Below are positions 25,224-36,704 of a stretch of DNA of 64,000 bases, one piece after another. Below the pieces are notes generated by a model, which made no database searches, had not been told where the DNA came from, and worked only from the letters and a program-made list of their open reading frames with translations. The stretch is taken from positions 59,708,001 to 59,772,000 of the forward strand of contig NW_024704742.1 in the NCBI RefSeq assembly GCF_018977255.1, in the 5' to 3' direction. A program made the translations under genes and the position numbers. Origin of the DNA: Callorhinchus milii (Eukaryota). Every line of letters begins with the position of its first letter. Position 1 is the stretch's first letter.

Positions 25224-26397
25224 AACTAGAAATGGAAGTTCCTGATATTAATTTGCCACTGTTTCAAACACATGATTATTTTTTTGAAAATGCAATATTA
25301 CTTTTTCATATCCAAGATTTTCTCTCTGAAAATATTTTTCAATGAATATATTCATAGGCTTTTGCATCCAATCATGCCAAGGCTTGAAGGATCGAACTTT
25401 ATTCAGTATAATGAATTTACATCTTCACGCCCTAGACTAAATAAATCTGGAGTGGAAATCACTTCCTTCTGACAACACTAAAATTACATAAAACAAATTC
25501 ATGAATGACTTTATAGATGTTCACCAAATTTCAAATGTAAGTTCCCTAGGGCATCTTTTTTCAAGTTGGGTTTCATTTGATTTAACTCATACATCTGAAT
25601 GTAAACATGAACCGTGCACTTTCAGAAATTATTCTGTTATGGAGTGATGTTTCACTTCTGCCATATGTTGGTGCTTTACTGTTATACCAGGGCACATGAT
25701 AAAAAGGGAACCAAGAAAGGAATTGGCAAGCTCAATGTGAGATCAGAGATCAGATCTGTTTTAGTCTCATGTTGAGTAACAGGCATGAGAAATAGACTCT
25801 AATCCAAAATATTTCATACGCTAATTTATTCCTTGAAAAAAAGTTTAGTTGTCATGTGGTTTGGAAAGGGTTTCAATTCTATGGAGAAAAATGTCACATA
25901 TGGAACTGGAGCTGATCAGGGATAAATAATATAGATTGTAGGTTAGATGGAATGATTCTCCTTTTGAAACATTTTATTGTGGTTATGTAACTTTCACAGA
26001 TGAGTGGGTAATTTGCAGGAATTTTATGATAGGGCAAGTTACACCTGATTTTGAAGAAGACCTAAGCTCTTAGTCAGATTTTTTTCGTTGTGTCAAAAAA
26101 TAGAGTGACGGTAGTATTGTAAACGTTGTTACAAGTATTCAAAAACTGTTCAGAACAAAATGAGTCATGAAAGTCAACATTCTGTTTCTAAAAACACTTT
26201 TTGTATAAAACTTTAATCATCTATTTGTGCAAATAGATAAGTACGTGACAAGATCCAGTTCAGTCTGCTTTAGGTTATTATCTGCCAGACTGGACAAAAT
26301 TATATAATTATCCATACTATAAAAATAGAGTAACGTTCCTCACAAACACTTGCAAACACTTCTAGAAAACATTTAGCATTTCACAGATAAGAAAATA

Positions 26398-26716
26398 AAT
26401 AATAATAATAATAATCCTTGCATTTGACATAGCTCTTTTCACGTCAGGAGGACGTTCCAAAGCGCTACACAGAATATACTGTAAAGTGAATTGACTGCAT
26501 ATTTGTGGGCAAACGCGGCAGCCAATTGCGCACAGCAATGTCCCACAAACAGTCGTGGATTGAAAATGACCAATTTATTATTGTTTTGTTTTTTGGAGGG
26601 ATTATTATTAGGCGTGTGGAGTAAGGAAACTTGCCCAAGGTTTTGACCTGCCTGGAATTGAACTCAGGTCTCTCGCTTGCAAAGCGAGTGCTCTAACCAC
26701 TGAGCTACAGGACTCC
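26398..26716 (-). mobile_element. Young SINE, short form, full length
   Basis: Near-identical to the other young copies. Confidence 0.95.
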
Positions 26717-26864
26717 TAAAATGTTAAAACTCAAAAAAATTCTAAATGATTTGGCTCTTCGGTATGATTATTTGATGAATTTCACAAATATATTGCAGAA
26801 TAGATTCATCACAAAGTAGGTTTACCCCCCAAAAAATTAATAACAAATGCTAACATTGACAAGT

Positions 26865-27110
26865 AACCCTTTATCAACCTGTCGCTCCCTCCGCTCAACA
26901 GGCTCCGGCCTGCTCCATGTCCCCAGCATGGCCCGCCCCACCATTGGCGGTCGTGCCTTCAGCCTCTCTGCCACCACCCTCTGGAATTCCATCTCACATT
27001 CCCTTCGTCTTGCTCCCTCCTGTGCCTTATTCAAGGCACACCTCAAGACCCTCCCTGAACCCAACCACCCCACCCCATCATAAATTCTGAACACCTTCAA
27101 CCCCCTCCCT
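26865..27110 (+). mobile_element. L2 LINE ORF2-end fragment
   Basis: ORF 26847-27083: RSLRSTGSGLLHVP…[18 protein letters not shown]. Confidence 0.88.
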
Positions 27111-27133
27111 CTCTCCCACCCAGGATTGTAATT

Positions 27134-27400
27134 TTCAACTGTAATGTTAATTTTAATTGTAAACATGTTTTAATTCATGCTAAAAAGTGTAGTTGTAATG
27201 ATAGAGATTTTAATTTTAAACCAAATCAATCTATTAAAGAGATTGTTGCAACAAACACATCAGCAAGATACCTGGTTCCATTTTAAGATGAATAAAACTG
27301 AAAGATTAACCTGTATGAAAAATTGTAGCAACAATGGTGCATTGCATGCCAATGAGAATTAATAATAATGAAATAATTATTAGTAGTATCATTGTGGTTA
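27134..27400. repeat. Local direct duplication, copy 1 (~265 bp)
   Basis: Colinear with 27961-28226 and highly similar; ORFs 27177 and 27941 give homologous peptides. Confidence 0.9.
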
Positions 27401-27960
27401 TTTAAGATTATTTGTATTGTAGTAAAGTGCACATTATTGCTATTGTCATTGGTTTGGAACTTTGTTTGGTCCATGAACTCTGAATGCTGTCAACTTAGCT
27501 ATACTTTGAACCTTTTTGAAATGTTAGAAGGTTTATTCCAATGTAGTCATAATAATAATAATCCTTGCATTTGATATAGCACCTTATCATGTCTTTGAGA
27601 CGTCTTATAGAGCTTCACTGAATATACTGTAAAGTGAATTCACTGTAAATTTTGTGAGTGAAACGCGGCAGCCAATTGTGCACAGCAGTGTCCCACATGC
27701 AATAGACAGATTCTGCAGTGCGACAACAACAACAAGATTACATTTGTATAGCACCTTTCACGTCGGGAGGACTTCCCAAGGCGCTGATGGAGAACAAACA
27801 GTACATCACACAAAGCATGTTGAAATGTGAAAATTCTCTCTTAAGAAGCAACATTTTCCATTTTGAAGGTGCAATTGTAATATGATCAGGGACTAGAAAT
27901 AATTTAGCAACAGTGGAATTCAAAGTAAACAAAGAATAAATTGGTGCCTTTAATGGACAG

Positions 27961-28318
27961 TTCCACTGTAATGTTAATTTTAATTGTAAATATGTTTAAA
28001 TTTATGCTAAAAAATGTAGTTGTAATGATAGAGATTTTAATTTCAAACCAAATTATGCTACCAAAGAGATCGTTGCAGCAAACACAGCAGCAAGATACCT
28101 GGTTTCATCTTAAAATGAATAAAATTGAAAGATTAACCTGTATGAAAAATTGTAGAACAATGGTACATTGCGTGCCAGTGAGAATTAATAATAATGAAAG
28201 AATTATTATTAGTATCATTGTGGTTACTTAACTTTCACCAATGAATGGGTAATTGCAGGAATTTTATTATCATGTTGCATATGATTTTGAAGAAGACGTA
28301 AGCTCTTAGGTTATTTTT
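27961..28318. repeat. Local direct duplication, copy 2; its last ~100 bp match 25976-26085
   Basis: Direct comparison: ATTGTGGTTA..TAACTTTCAC…GCAGGAATTTTAT…GATTTTGAAGAAGAC.TAAGCTCTTAG occurs at both 28217 and 25976. Confidence 0.88.
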
Positions 28319-29069
28319 GTACTTTGCACCTTATGATATTGAACAGCAACAAAATTACATTTGTAAGCGCCTTTCACTTCGGGAAGACGTCCCAAGGCGC
28401 TGAACAGTCAGGGATCAGGACCTGAGCATGGGGGTCATGGTTGGCATGAGAGAGGGCACGGTTGGAATGAGGAAGGGCAAAGAGTGTAGGAGGGTGGCTG
28501 AAGGCACAGTCGGAAAGGTCTCAAAATGCCTCACAGAGTTTTATGTAAAATGCACTGACTGTATTTGTAAGCTAATTAAGCAGCCAATTTGTACTAAGCA
28601 ATGTTCCACAAACAGACATGAAATGAAGGCTGCTGGTGGAAGTTCCACGTCATAAAACCAATATTGCTTGAGGAAATATATCATGCAGAGTATCAGTAAT
28701 AAGCAGGGCAGAAATGTAGGTTATTCTTCAGGACAGGAGAACAACCCGTCTTATTGGTCAGATAATGATTAGAGTGACTAGAGCTCACTTGGGCTTCAAG
28801 GATGTATAGCTTGTTATAATGATTTGGATCTTACAATGGAACCACCTAATTGCAACGCAAACATTTTTATGTTGTGGATAGGAATACTTAACAGCAAAAT
28901 AGTATTAAAAGCCACAAAAAATAACCATGGACAAAAACGAAAACTAAAGCTCTCTTTGTTCCTGGAGATGTCTGATTGTAAAGACAATAATTCGTAATAA
29001 ATCTTGCTGAAGTTTTGCTCTTTGTACCTAAACTATCATCTTCAAAGATGATACATTAATGAGGAATGA

Positions 29070-29360
29070 AATGTATCAACTAAGGTCCCATCTAACTGTT
29101 CAGATTGATGGTAAAGACCCAACAGCACTATTCAAACAGAGAAGGGAGTGACTGCTGGTGTGCTGGCCAACCATTTCCCAAATAAAATTGGTCATTCACT
29201 CCATGTTTGTTTGTGGCATATCATTGTTTGCAAATTGACTGCCATAATTCACTCACAAAATAAACAGTCACTTCACTTTACAGTAGATCTTGTGAAGTGC
29301 TTTTAGACACTTTAACAATGTGATAAAGGTGCAGTATTCAAATGCAAGGATTGTTATTAT
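29070..29360 (+). mobile_element. Old DeuSINE, 3' two-thirds
   Basis: Deu-like CTGTTCAGATTGATGGTAAAGACCC…GAGAAGGGAG and tail. Confidence 0.7.
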
Positions 29361-30514
29361 ATAAACAAATGGATTTCATCTAAAAAGGGGTTGGCATGAG
29401 AGGCACACTTTTTGCAAAGGTTGGCTTCTTTGGCTCATACATACAGATGAGATAATCTCAATGATGAGCTTTGAATACGTGCCTAACCTTAACTGTGCCA
29501 AACTATGTCCTTGAATAAACAATGTAGACTTAAAGTAATGCACAGTAAAGAGAAATAAATCGAAAATTGGAATTGGCATATTATACTCATATACACCCAG
29601 CAGCTGTGACTGAAAACAAAGCAGAGAAATTCTTGTTTGCTATGTAGTTGGTTCTCACAACCAGTTGAAGTGAGTTGATGTCTTTGTGAAATTACTGACA
29701 CATTTAAAATCGAGTAAATCAGTCACTGTCTATCTTAAGTTCTGAACACCTTCATCAATGACAGACACCTTTTAACAACATGGCCCTAGGGATTTTAAAG
29801 CTGTATTAAATTCTGCCTTAAGAATTGAAGCACTCTGATAAATGTGGAATTTCACAGCTGCTTTTTTCTATTAATGCATTATTCCAAAACAAACTTTTGA
29901 GTCCATTTCTTTTCATATCAGTAAACAAACGTTTCTTGATGTCACATATACAAAGCAGGTGCATCAGACATGTGCCACAATCTTCTTCTATATTCTATAC
30001 AATTGATTTTATTTTAAAACATTCATTTTCTGCCAATAACGTTTACAAACAAGCAACTAATGGCTTTCCTCTCTGTTTTCAGCACCTTAACTTTAACGGT
30101 GATTTATCTGTTCAATCACATTATGGGCAAATCTGCTTTATTCCATTTAGGTCACAAATTATTGAACACACATGCTCGAGATGATATTTTTCCAATTGTA
30201 AGCTGCTTACTTGCTTTATGGAGTTGTGCTCCGTTGATTAAATTCAATATTGCAGTGTTTCTTAATTTTGAAATTGAGCGGGGCCTACTTTTGTTAACTA
30301 AACGTATGACAAGCACATCATTCCTACACAAAGGAAATGCACAAATAAAGGAATAGTGACGTATGTCCAAGTCAGGATAGTGTGTGACTTGGAGGAAAAT
30401 CTGGAAATGGTGATGTTACATTATGACCCTGTTCTTTTTCTTCGAGATCATAGATATCTGTTAAACAAATACCAACTCATTATTCAATCGACTGGATTAT
30501 GTGCTAAAAACACT

Positions 30515-31022
30515 ATGCTTAAGAGTCTCCAAAGAAAACTGTTCAGACTTCAACACATATGGTTTTGTTTGTCTTGTTTGGAAATATACACTCTCTCACC
30601 AGAGAGATGCAACCCTGTTTTTCTAATACCAGAGAGTTTAGGCATAAGTTGGCAAGAGATAAGGTGTGGGGACCCCCGAAGGATACATTAGAGTATTTCT
30701 ACAGTATAACCGGTTAAAACCACACAACATATTACGAACACTCACAAGCTTTCCACTGTTTGCCTATCTAGGACCATCCTACCTGCTTGGGTTTTAGTTT
30801 TGAGAGTTATAGGTGGCAGGAGTCCCAACCCACAGTTACAGGTCTGCTCCTCCAAATCCTAGTAACAATCCTAGGTGGGTCATCAACAATACTTTGGAGT
30901 ACTTCAGATCTGCCTCATACAGTAGTGTAGAGTACAGTACCAAGAATTCCACAAAGGCTTAGCTTGATTCCCATATTCATTGCCAGGTACATCACCTTGG
31001 AGCCAACTCAGGCCCAAAAAGA
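30515..31022 (+). repeat. Family X copy, long and diverged
   Basis: TGCTTAAGAGT…CTAATACCAGAGAG…GGGGACCCCC…CAAGCTTTCCACTG…CATTGCCAGGTACATCACCTTGGAGCC. Confidence 0.65.
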
Positions 31023-32859
31023 CAATGTTAACCTCCCCCCACCGGATGATAGATTGTTCTGGAATTGGTCCTAACGCAGGATAGGAATTAAAAGGAAATA
31101 TCTCCAGCTATGTATGCCATATTATCAGTTTTGCATTGTGGCTGCTTATTTTGAGGAAAATTAATTATATTGGATTCAGAGGTCATGGGCAATGAAGGAT
31201 TTATGAATTGTGCGTTTTTTTACAATAATCTCTGATCTGATTTTTGAACCTCAAATTTAGCCTGTGGACACTGTCATTTGGCTGAACTGTCCTGCAATTA
31301 CTCAATGCACCTAATCTCATACATTGTATGCCTCAGAGCATAAACAAGGCTGAATCGGTGCATTAAGAATGTCAACTATTAAGAATTCATATGACTTTAT
31401 AAAAAAAACTGTAGAAATATAAAATTAGGTACTTTAACTTGTACATTTACATTTATGATTTGTGAACAGGGTGTCATATTTGGACGAAGAAAGATATGAG
31501 GTACTGATGAGCCATCGTTCATTTGATCATTGAGCCGAGGCGTAAGATTTGGTCTTATCGGGATAGAATTATTTGTAGGTAAGAGAGAGCATGGATATTT
31601 GTCTTCTTCACCAAATCATGGCTGGAACAAACATTCAACAGAAAATAAATCAAGTTAAAAAATCATTTCAGCAGTTACGATTGAACACCAAATAATTGCT
31701 GTTTGAAAAACAAGATGGTGGTGCCTTAAACCCAGATAGAAGCGGAGGGGAGTCCCATTCTGTACGAAGTGTGTGCTGGCCCCAAGTGCTCTTTATAAAC
31801 TCACAAATTTATCCATCTATTGGGTTCCTACCGTCAACATGATATTGAAGGGTACCAAAAGATCCTGCTTCATGTCCTTTGCGTTATCTGCCCCACCATT
31901 GGTGGACAGCCGGCAGGATTCTGTCTCTGATCTCTGTTCAACTGCATCCCTATGTCCTTCCCTCTCTTCTCTTGTTAAAGGTATGCCTCAAAAAATACTT
32001 CTTTCACTGGTTGGTCATCTTTCCCCTGGCTCTCTGTTATCACTCCCCTGCTTGGGTGCCCCTCCAGCACAGTCAAGCACCTCCTGACATTAAAGGCACT
32101 ATACAAATGTTAATTGTATTGTATTAAAGCTCCAGAGAGGGTATAGAGAACAGCAACCAGAATGATTACTTTGGGAATTAAATTTTTGAGGTTTTGCACA
32201 AGTGAGATGAGCAGAATGACCTGAATGCCAGTCTCCTGAGAGCTACATTCAGTCAGTCAAATAGCATAATTAATTGTATTCAGTGTGGTCACGTCACTAA
32301 GTCTGTAGGTATTTCTACCTGGGCAATAGTATGAGCTGTGTAGAATCTAGTAAGTGTGTGATATTGTCAGCCATATATTTCACATTCAAAACTAACTGGA
32401 ATTAGGAATTAGGAAATTACAGTAATTTCACCTCATGAAAAATATATATACTTGGTCATTTAGTGAGTGAAATATTGGCTCACCAAAGTTTACCACTGTT
32501 TTACACTAGTTAAGTTAATCATCATCAAAACCATACTGAATGCCCTCAAAACTTAAACTACAAATCACAGCATGAATAATAGGAAAGTCTATCCATTCAT
32601 TTCAATGATGCTAAATAGATTGCACATGGCAACAAAAATGAAATGGATGAATTGTACATGATTTATAAGAGGTTAAGATGGGAGAGAATGCATTTTTTTA
32701 ATTCAACTAATTCTTATTAAAAACAAATAAACTTTGGATTGATTCTTAGTATTCTCAAAACCAGCATTGTCTTTGTTTTAAATATTATATAAGGCAAATG
32801 ATTGTCCTATAATACAGTATTTGACAATTTTGTTATAGATTCCCTAATTGATTTTTAGT

Positions 32860-33450
32860 TATACAGGTATCTGTTACATGCAAAAACTCATCACAATGCT
32901 TAAGAGTATCTAAATCAGACTGAAAGTGCTCTGGAACGTTACCCTGCGTGAAGGGCACTTCATCAATGCAACTTGTTGTTGAAAGTTCTACATATGTATG
33001 CCAATTACACAAGGAAATTTCCCTGTGTCTGAAATGGATGTACACTCTCTCCCTGGAAGAATGCTCCCAATTTATCTAATTATTAAGGACATGTTGGCAA
33101 GAGCCAAGGCTTGGGGAACTCAAGATAGGCCAAGTGTACGTTGGGGTACTACACACATAGCTTGCCATTGAAAACATTGTTGGGCAAGCTTCCAACTGCT
33201 TGTCCAACTTGGTGACTCCATCCTTAGAGGCCTTTGGCTTACAGGGTTAACAAAATTTGCTTCCTGCCCCTCTTATGTTCTGTCAAGGTGCCAGACTGAC
33301 TATTTATCATCAGCAGTGCCCTGAAATACTGTGGACTCGTCTGGTTCAGGAACCGGACTATGAACTCTAGAGACCATCACAGAGGATTGACCCAATTCTG
33401 ATATTGCGTTGCCAACCATACCAAATAGCTCAGCTCCAAGGAGACCCCAC
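32860..33450 (+). repeat. Family X copy, the most complete uninterrupted one
   Basis: Carries all shared blocks in order, from GCTTAAGAGTATC through GGAAATTTCCCTGTGTCTG to CAGCTCCAAGGAGAC. Confidence 0.72.
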
Positions 33451-33959
33451 TTACCACCCCAAAAAGTGGTTAGAAGACAATGTGAATCTATGTTAATTTG
33501 CTTTTCAATTTTACATTGCAATAATGTAAGACTGTTGAATGAACATCAGTGCCCTTGCACAGTTCTCTTCTGTTAAAAAGGTTACAATGTTGCAAAGTAG
33601 ATGAATTCATGGACTTCCATGCTTCCCACATAATTGTATTCCCAATACTGATGACAATATTCACTAGTCTGGTTTTCCTTTTTGATAGATTCATGCTCAC
33701 CACTCTCTTTTCCCCCTATGTATTGTTGCCTGGAATGAGGAAGGGTTGAAAGCAGGTAGAATTTGCAAATACATTTTCTTAAGCACAGCAACAACAACAA
33801 CAAGATTACATTTGTATAGCACCTTTCATGTCAGGAGAACATCCCAAGGTACACTGTAGAGCCAGCAAGTTGAAGCTTGAAGCTGAAGTTTGTGTTATAA
33901 CATATTGCACTGTATGAACTCATTCACATCCTCCCCATTGAAGTAACTGAATGTCAAGG

Positions 33960-34325
33960 TTATCACTTCAATGAGAGAAGTCCTGGGAGAAGCGCTACAT
34001 ATCGGCAGTGCCATCCTTTGAATGAGATGTTAAACTAAGGTCCCACTTGCCTGTTCAGGTGGACACAAATATTAGAAAAAACAGAAAAGGGAGTTTTCTC
34101 CTGGTGTACTGGCCAACAATTCTCCATATCAAATTTGTCACTAGCTGTTTGTGGGGCAATGGCAAGCTCTTTGGCATGCCTGGAAATGCAAAAACAGAAT
34201 TGTGTCAATCCTCTGTGATGGCCTATAAAGTACACAGTCACAAACTTCACAGTAATATCCTGTGAAGCACTTTGAGATAGTTCAATCACAAAGGTGCTAT
34301 ATTAAATACAAGGATTTATTATTAT
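33960..34325 (+). mobile_element. Old DeuSINE carrying an inverted family X patch
   Basis: Deu-domain-like GTGCCATCCTTTGAATGAGATGTTAAACTAAGGTCCC…CAGGTGGAC and an (ATT)n tail. Confidence 0.8.
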
Positions 34326-34890
34326 CATCATCATCCATTTTAAGTTTACATTTTAAACAGAACATTGTGCTCCATATAATTTTCTTGAATTCCTTCCAAA
34401 CCTCACAATTACAAATTCAACTGCTGCCAAAATAGATTTTTCTACTTCAGTTAATGTGAAGCTTAATTGTACTGTAATTGTGAGCTGTGGTGGTACCCAT
34501 TCTCACAGATTAGCCCTCACATTTACGAGTTGATAGCAATGCCTAGAAAGATCAATATTTTTCCTTCCAAGTTATTCAAAGCATCCTCGGTTGTCTTCTG
34601 TATCCAAATTTAACCTATTCCTTCAAAATACTTCAATATGTGAGGTTTATCAAATTACATTAACTATAACATTTGACACCAAAGGGCAAGACATTCTTCA
34701 TTCTGGGCAAAAAGTGTTAGGTTTATTTAATGTAATGGGATGAAACAATTTATGATACTTTGGGGTTTTGGATAGCCGTTGTCTGACATAAACCCATCAT
34801 CATGGCTGGTCTTTCATCAACAGTGCTTTGGAATATTGTTTACTCATTTGGCTCAGGAACTGGACTGTTGAGACATTTCACACGATCAAC

Positions 34891-36183
34891 AACAACCAAA
34901 TTCCATTTCTTTAGCGCCATTCACATCGGGAGGACAGCCCAAGGCCTGGACCGTCAATGTTTCGGACCCGAGCTAGGGATTGGGATTGGGGAGGGTGGAA
35001 GGCAGTGGGGGAAGTAGGATGACTGAAAGCACAATCGAAGAGGTGGGTCTTGAAGGAGGCAAGGGAGAGGGCGAGGTGGAGGCAGTGCAGTATGGAGTTC
35101 CAGAGTGTGGGGGCAGAGTGGCAGAAGGCTCGCCAGCCAATGGAGGGGTGGGCGAGACAGGGGAACTTGAAGCAGGCTGAAGCCTTCTGAGCGGTGGGAG
35201 CAGTAGGATGGTTGGGGGTTAAAAGGTTGCAAAGGTAGGGGGGAGCAAGGTCATGGAGGGCTTTGAAGTTGAGAAACAGGGTCTTGAACTGTATCCTCTG
35301 AGTGATGGAAAGCCAGTGGAGTCAGACGAGGATGGGTGTGATAGAGTCACGGAGCCTCGGGCAGGAGAGGACACGAGCTTCAAAGTTCTGGATGATCTGC
35401 AGCCTATGGAGGGAGGAGTTGGAGAGGACTACAAGCAAGGAGTTTGCATAGTCAAGCCTGGATGTAATTAATGCATGTGCGAGGGTTTCGGCGGCCTCCA
35501 GTGTGAGACAGAGCGAGGCAATGTTGCAGTGGTAGGGGAAGGCAGAGCAGGTTATGGTTCAGATGTGGGGTAGAAAGGATAGTTGAGGGTCTAGCTAGGC
35601 GCCAAGGTCAGGATTGGCTTAGTAAGGTGGAGTGTGTATCCATGGATGGTGATGCTTTCAGAACCTGAGATGTGGAGGAGCTGATGGGAACCAATTAGGA
35701 GAGCCTCGGTCTTGTTGACATTCAACTGCAGGAAGTTAGCCCTCAATCTGTCAGGACAGCATTGGCCCTGGAGTCAAGGATGGAGGCAGAGAGGTACAGT
35801 TGGGTGTCATCCGCATACATGTAGAAGTTGACCCCATGTCTGTGGATGATGTCACCAAGAGGGAGCATATACATATTAAAGAGGAGGGGACCAAGGACAG
35901 AGCCCTGAGGAACGCCGCATAAGATAGTGTGAGGGCTAGAGGAGAAATTGTTTGTGGAGGTAGAGGCGGTGTTATTTGTCACTTTGACCAGGGCTATTTC
36001 TGTGCTGTGGCGTCATGGAAACCCAATTGGAGGGGTTCGTGAAGGGAGAAGCGGGAGAGGAAGGTGCGAATGTGGGAAGCAACAACTGGTTCCAGGACCT
36101 TGGAGAGTAAAGTAAGGATGGCGATGGTACAGTCGTTTGAGAACAGTGATGGGTCCAGGGAGGATTTTTTAAGGAAAGGATAA
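34891..36183 (-). mobile_element. L2 LINE, 5'-truncated with an internal deletion, inserted into a family X copy
   Basis: ORF 35743-35982: [21 protein letters not shown]…[11 protein letters not shown]. (GTT)n tail. CAAC flanks both ends. Confidence 0.93.
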
Positions 36184-36704
36184 CAACTCAATTCCAATAT
36201 TCCATTGAAAGGTACATTGTATGCCAACTACATATAGAAATGTCTGTGCCTGAACTGGAATACAAATTCTCTCCCAGAGGTATGCACTTAATTCCAGAGA
36301 GTATTAGTTGCAGGTTAGGCAAAAGCTTGCATACATCCAAAGGATAGTAAGTGTAGGTTGGGCAGAAGACAGGGCTAGGGATCCCAGAGTGCATGTTGAG
36401 CAAATTTAATTAGCTAAAATCACATAGCTTGCCATTGAGAACACTGCCTGGCAAGTGTCCCACTACTTGTCTAGCTCAGACCACCCTAATAGTTAAAACT
36501 TTGCAATTCAGAGTTAAGAGTCGCTAAATAGAAAGAATCCTCGTCTCCAGGTATTGGTCTGTCTCTTCAAATCCCACTGATGATCTAGGCAGACTGGTCT
36601 CTCATCAGCAGTGCTTTGGTGTATTGTTTACTCATCTGTCTCAGAAACTTGACTGCTGAGGCAGTTCATCTGATCAACTCAATTCCAATATTCCATTGAA
36701 AGGT
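36184..36704 (+). repeat. Family X copy with an internally duplicated 3' segment (continues from 34755-34890)
   Basis: The identical 30-mer CAACTCAATTCCAATATTCCATTGAAAGGT occurs at 36184 and 36675. Shared blocks align with 33000-33420. Confidence 0.72.

Noticed and set aside
31500..31565. CTGATGA-GCC…GGC-GTAA resembling a hammerhead or a C/D snoRNA box C
   Set aside because: The core has GTAA instead of GAAA, stem I and the cleavage triplet are not in register, and no nearby box D CTGA is present.
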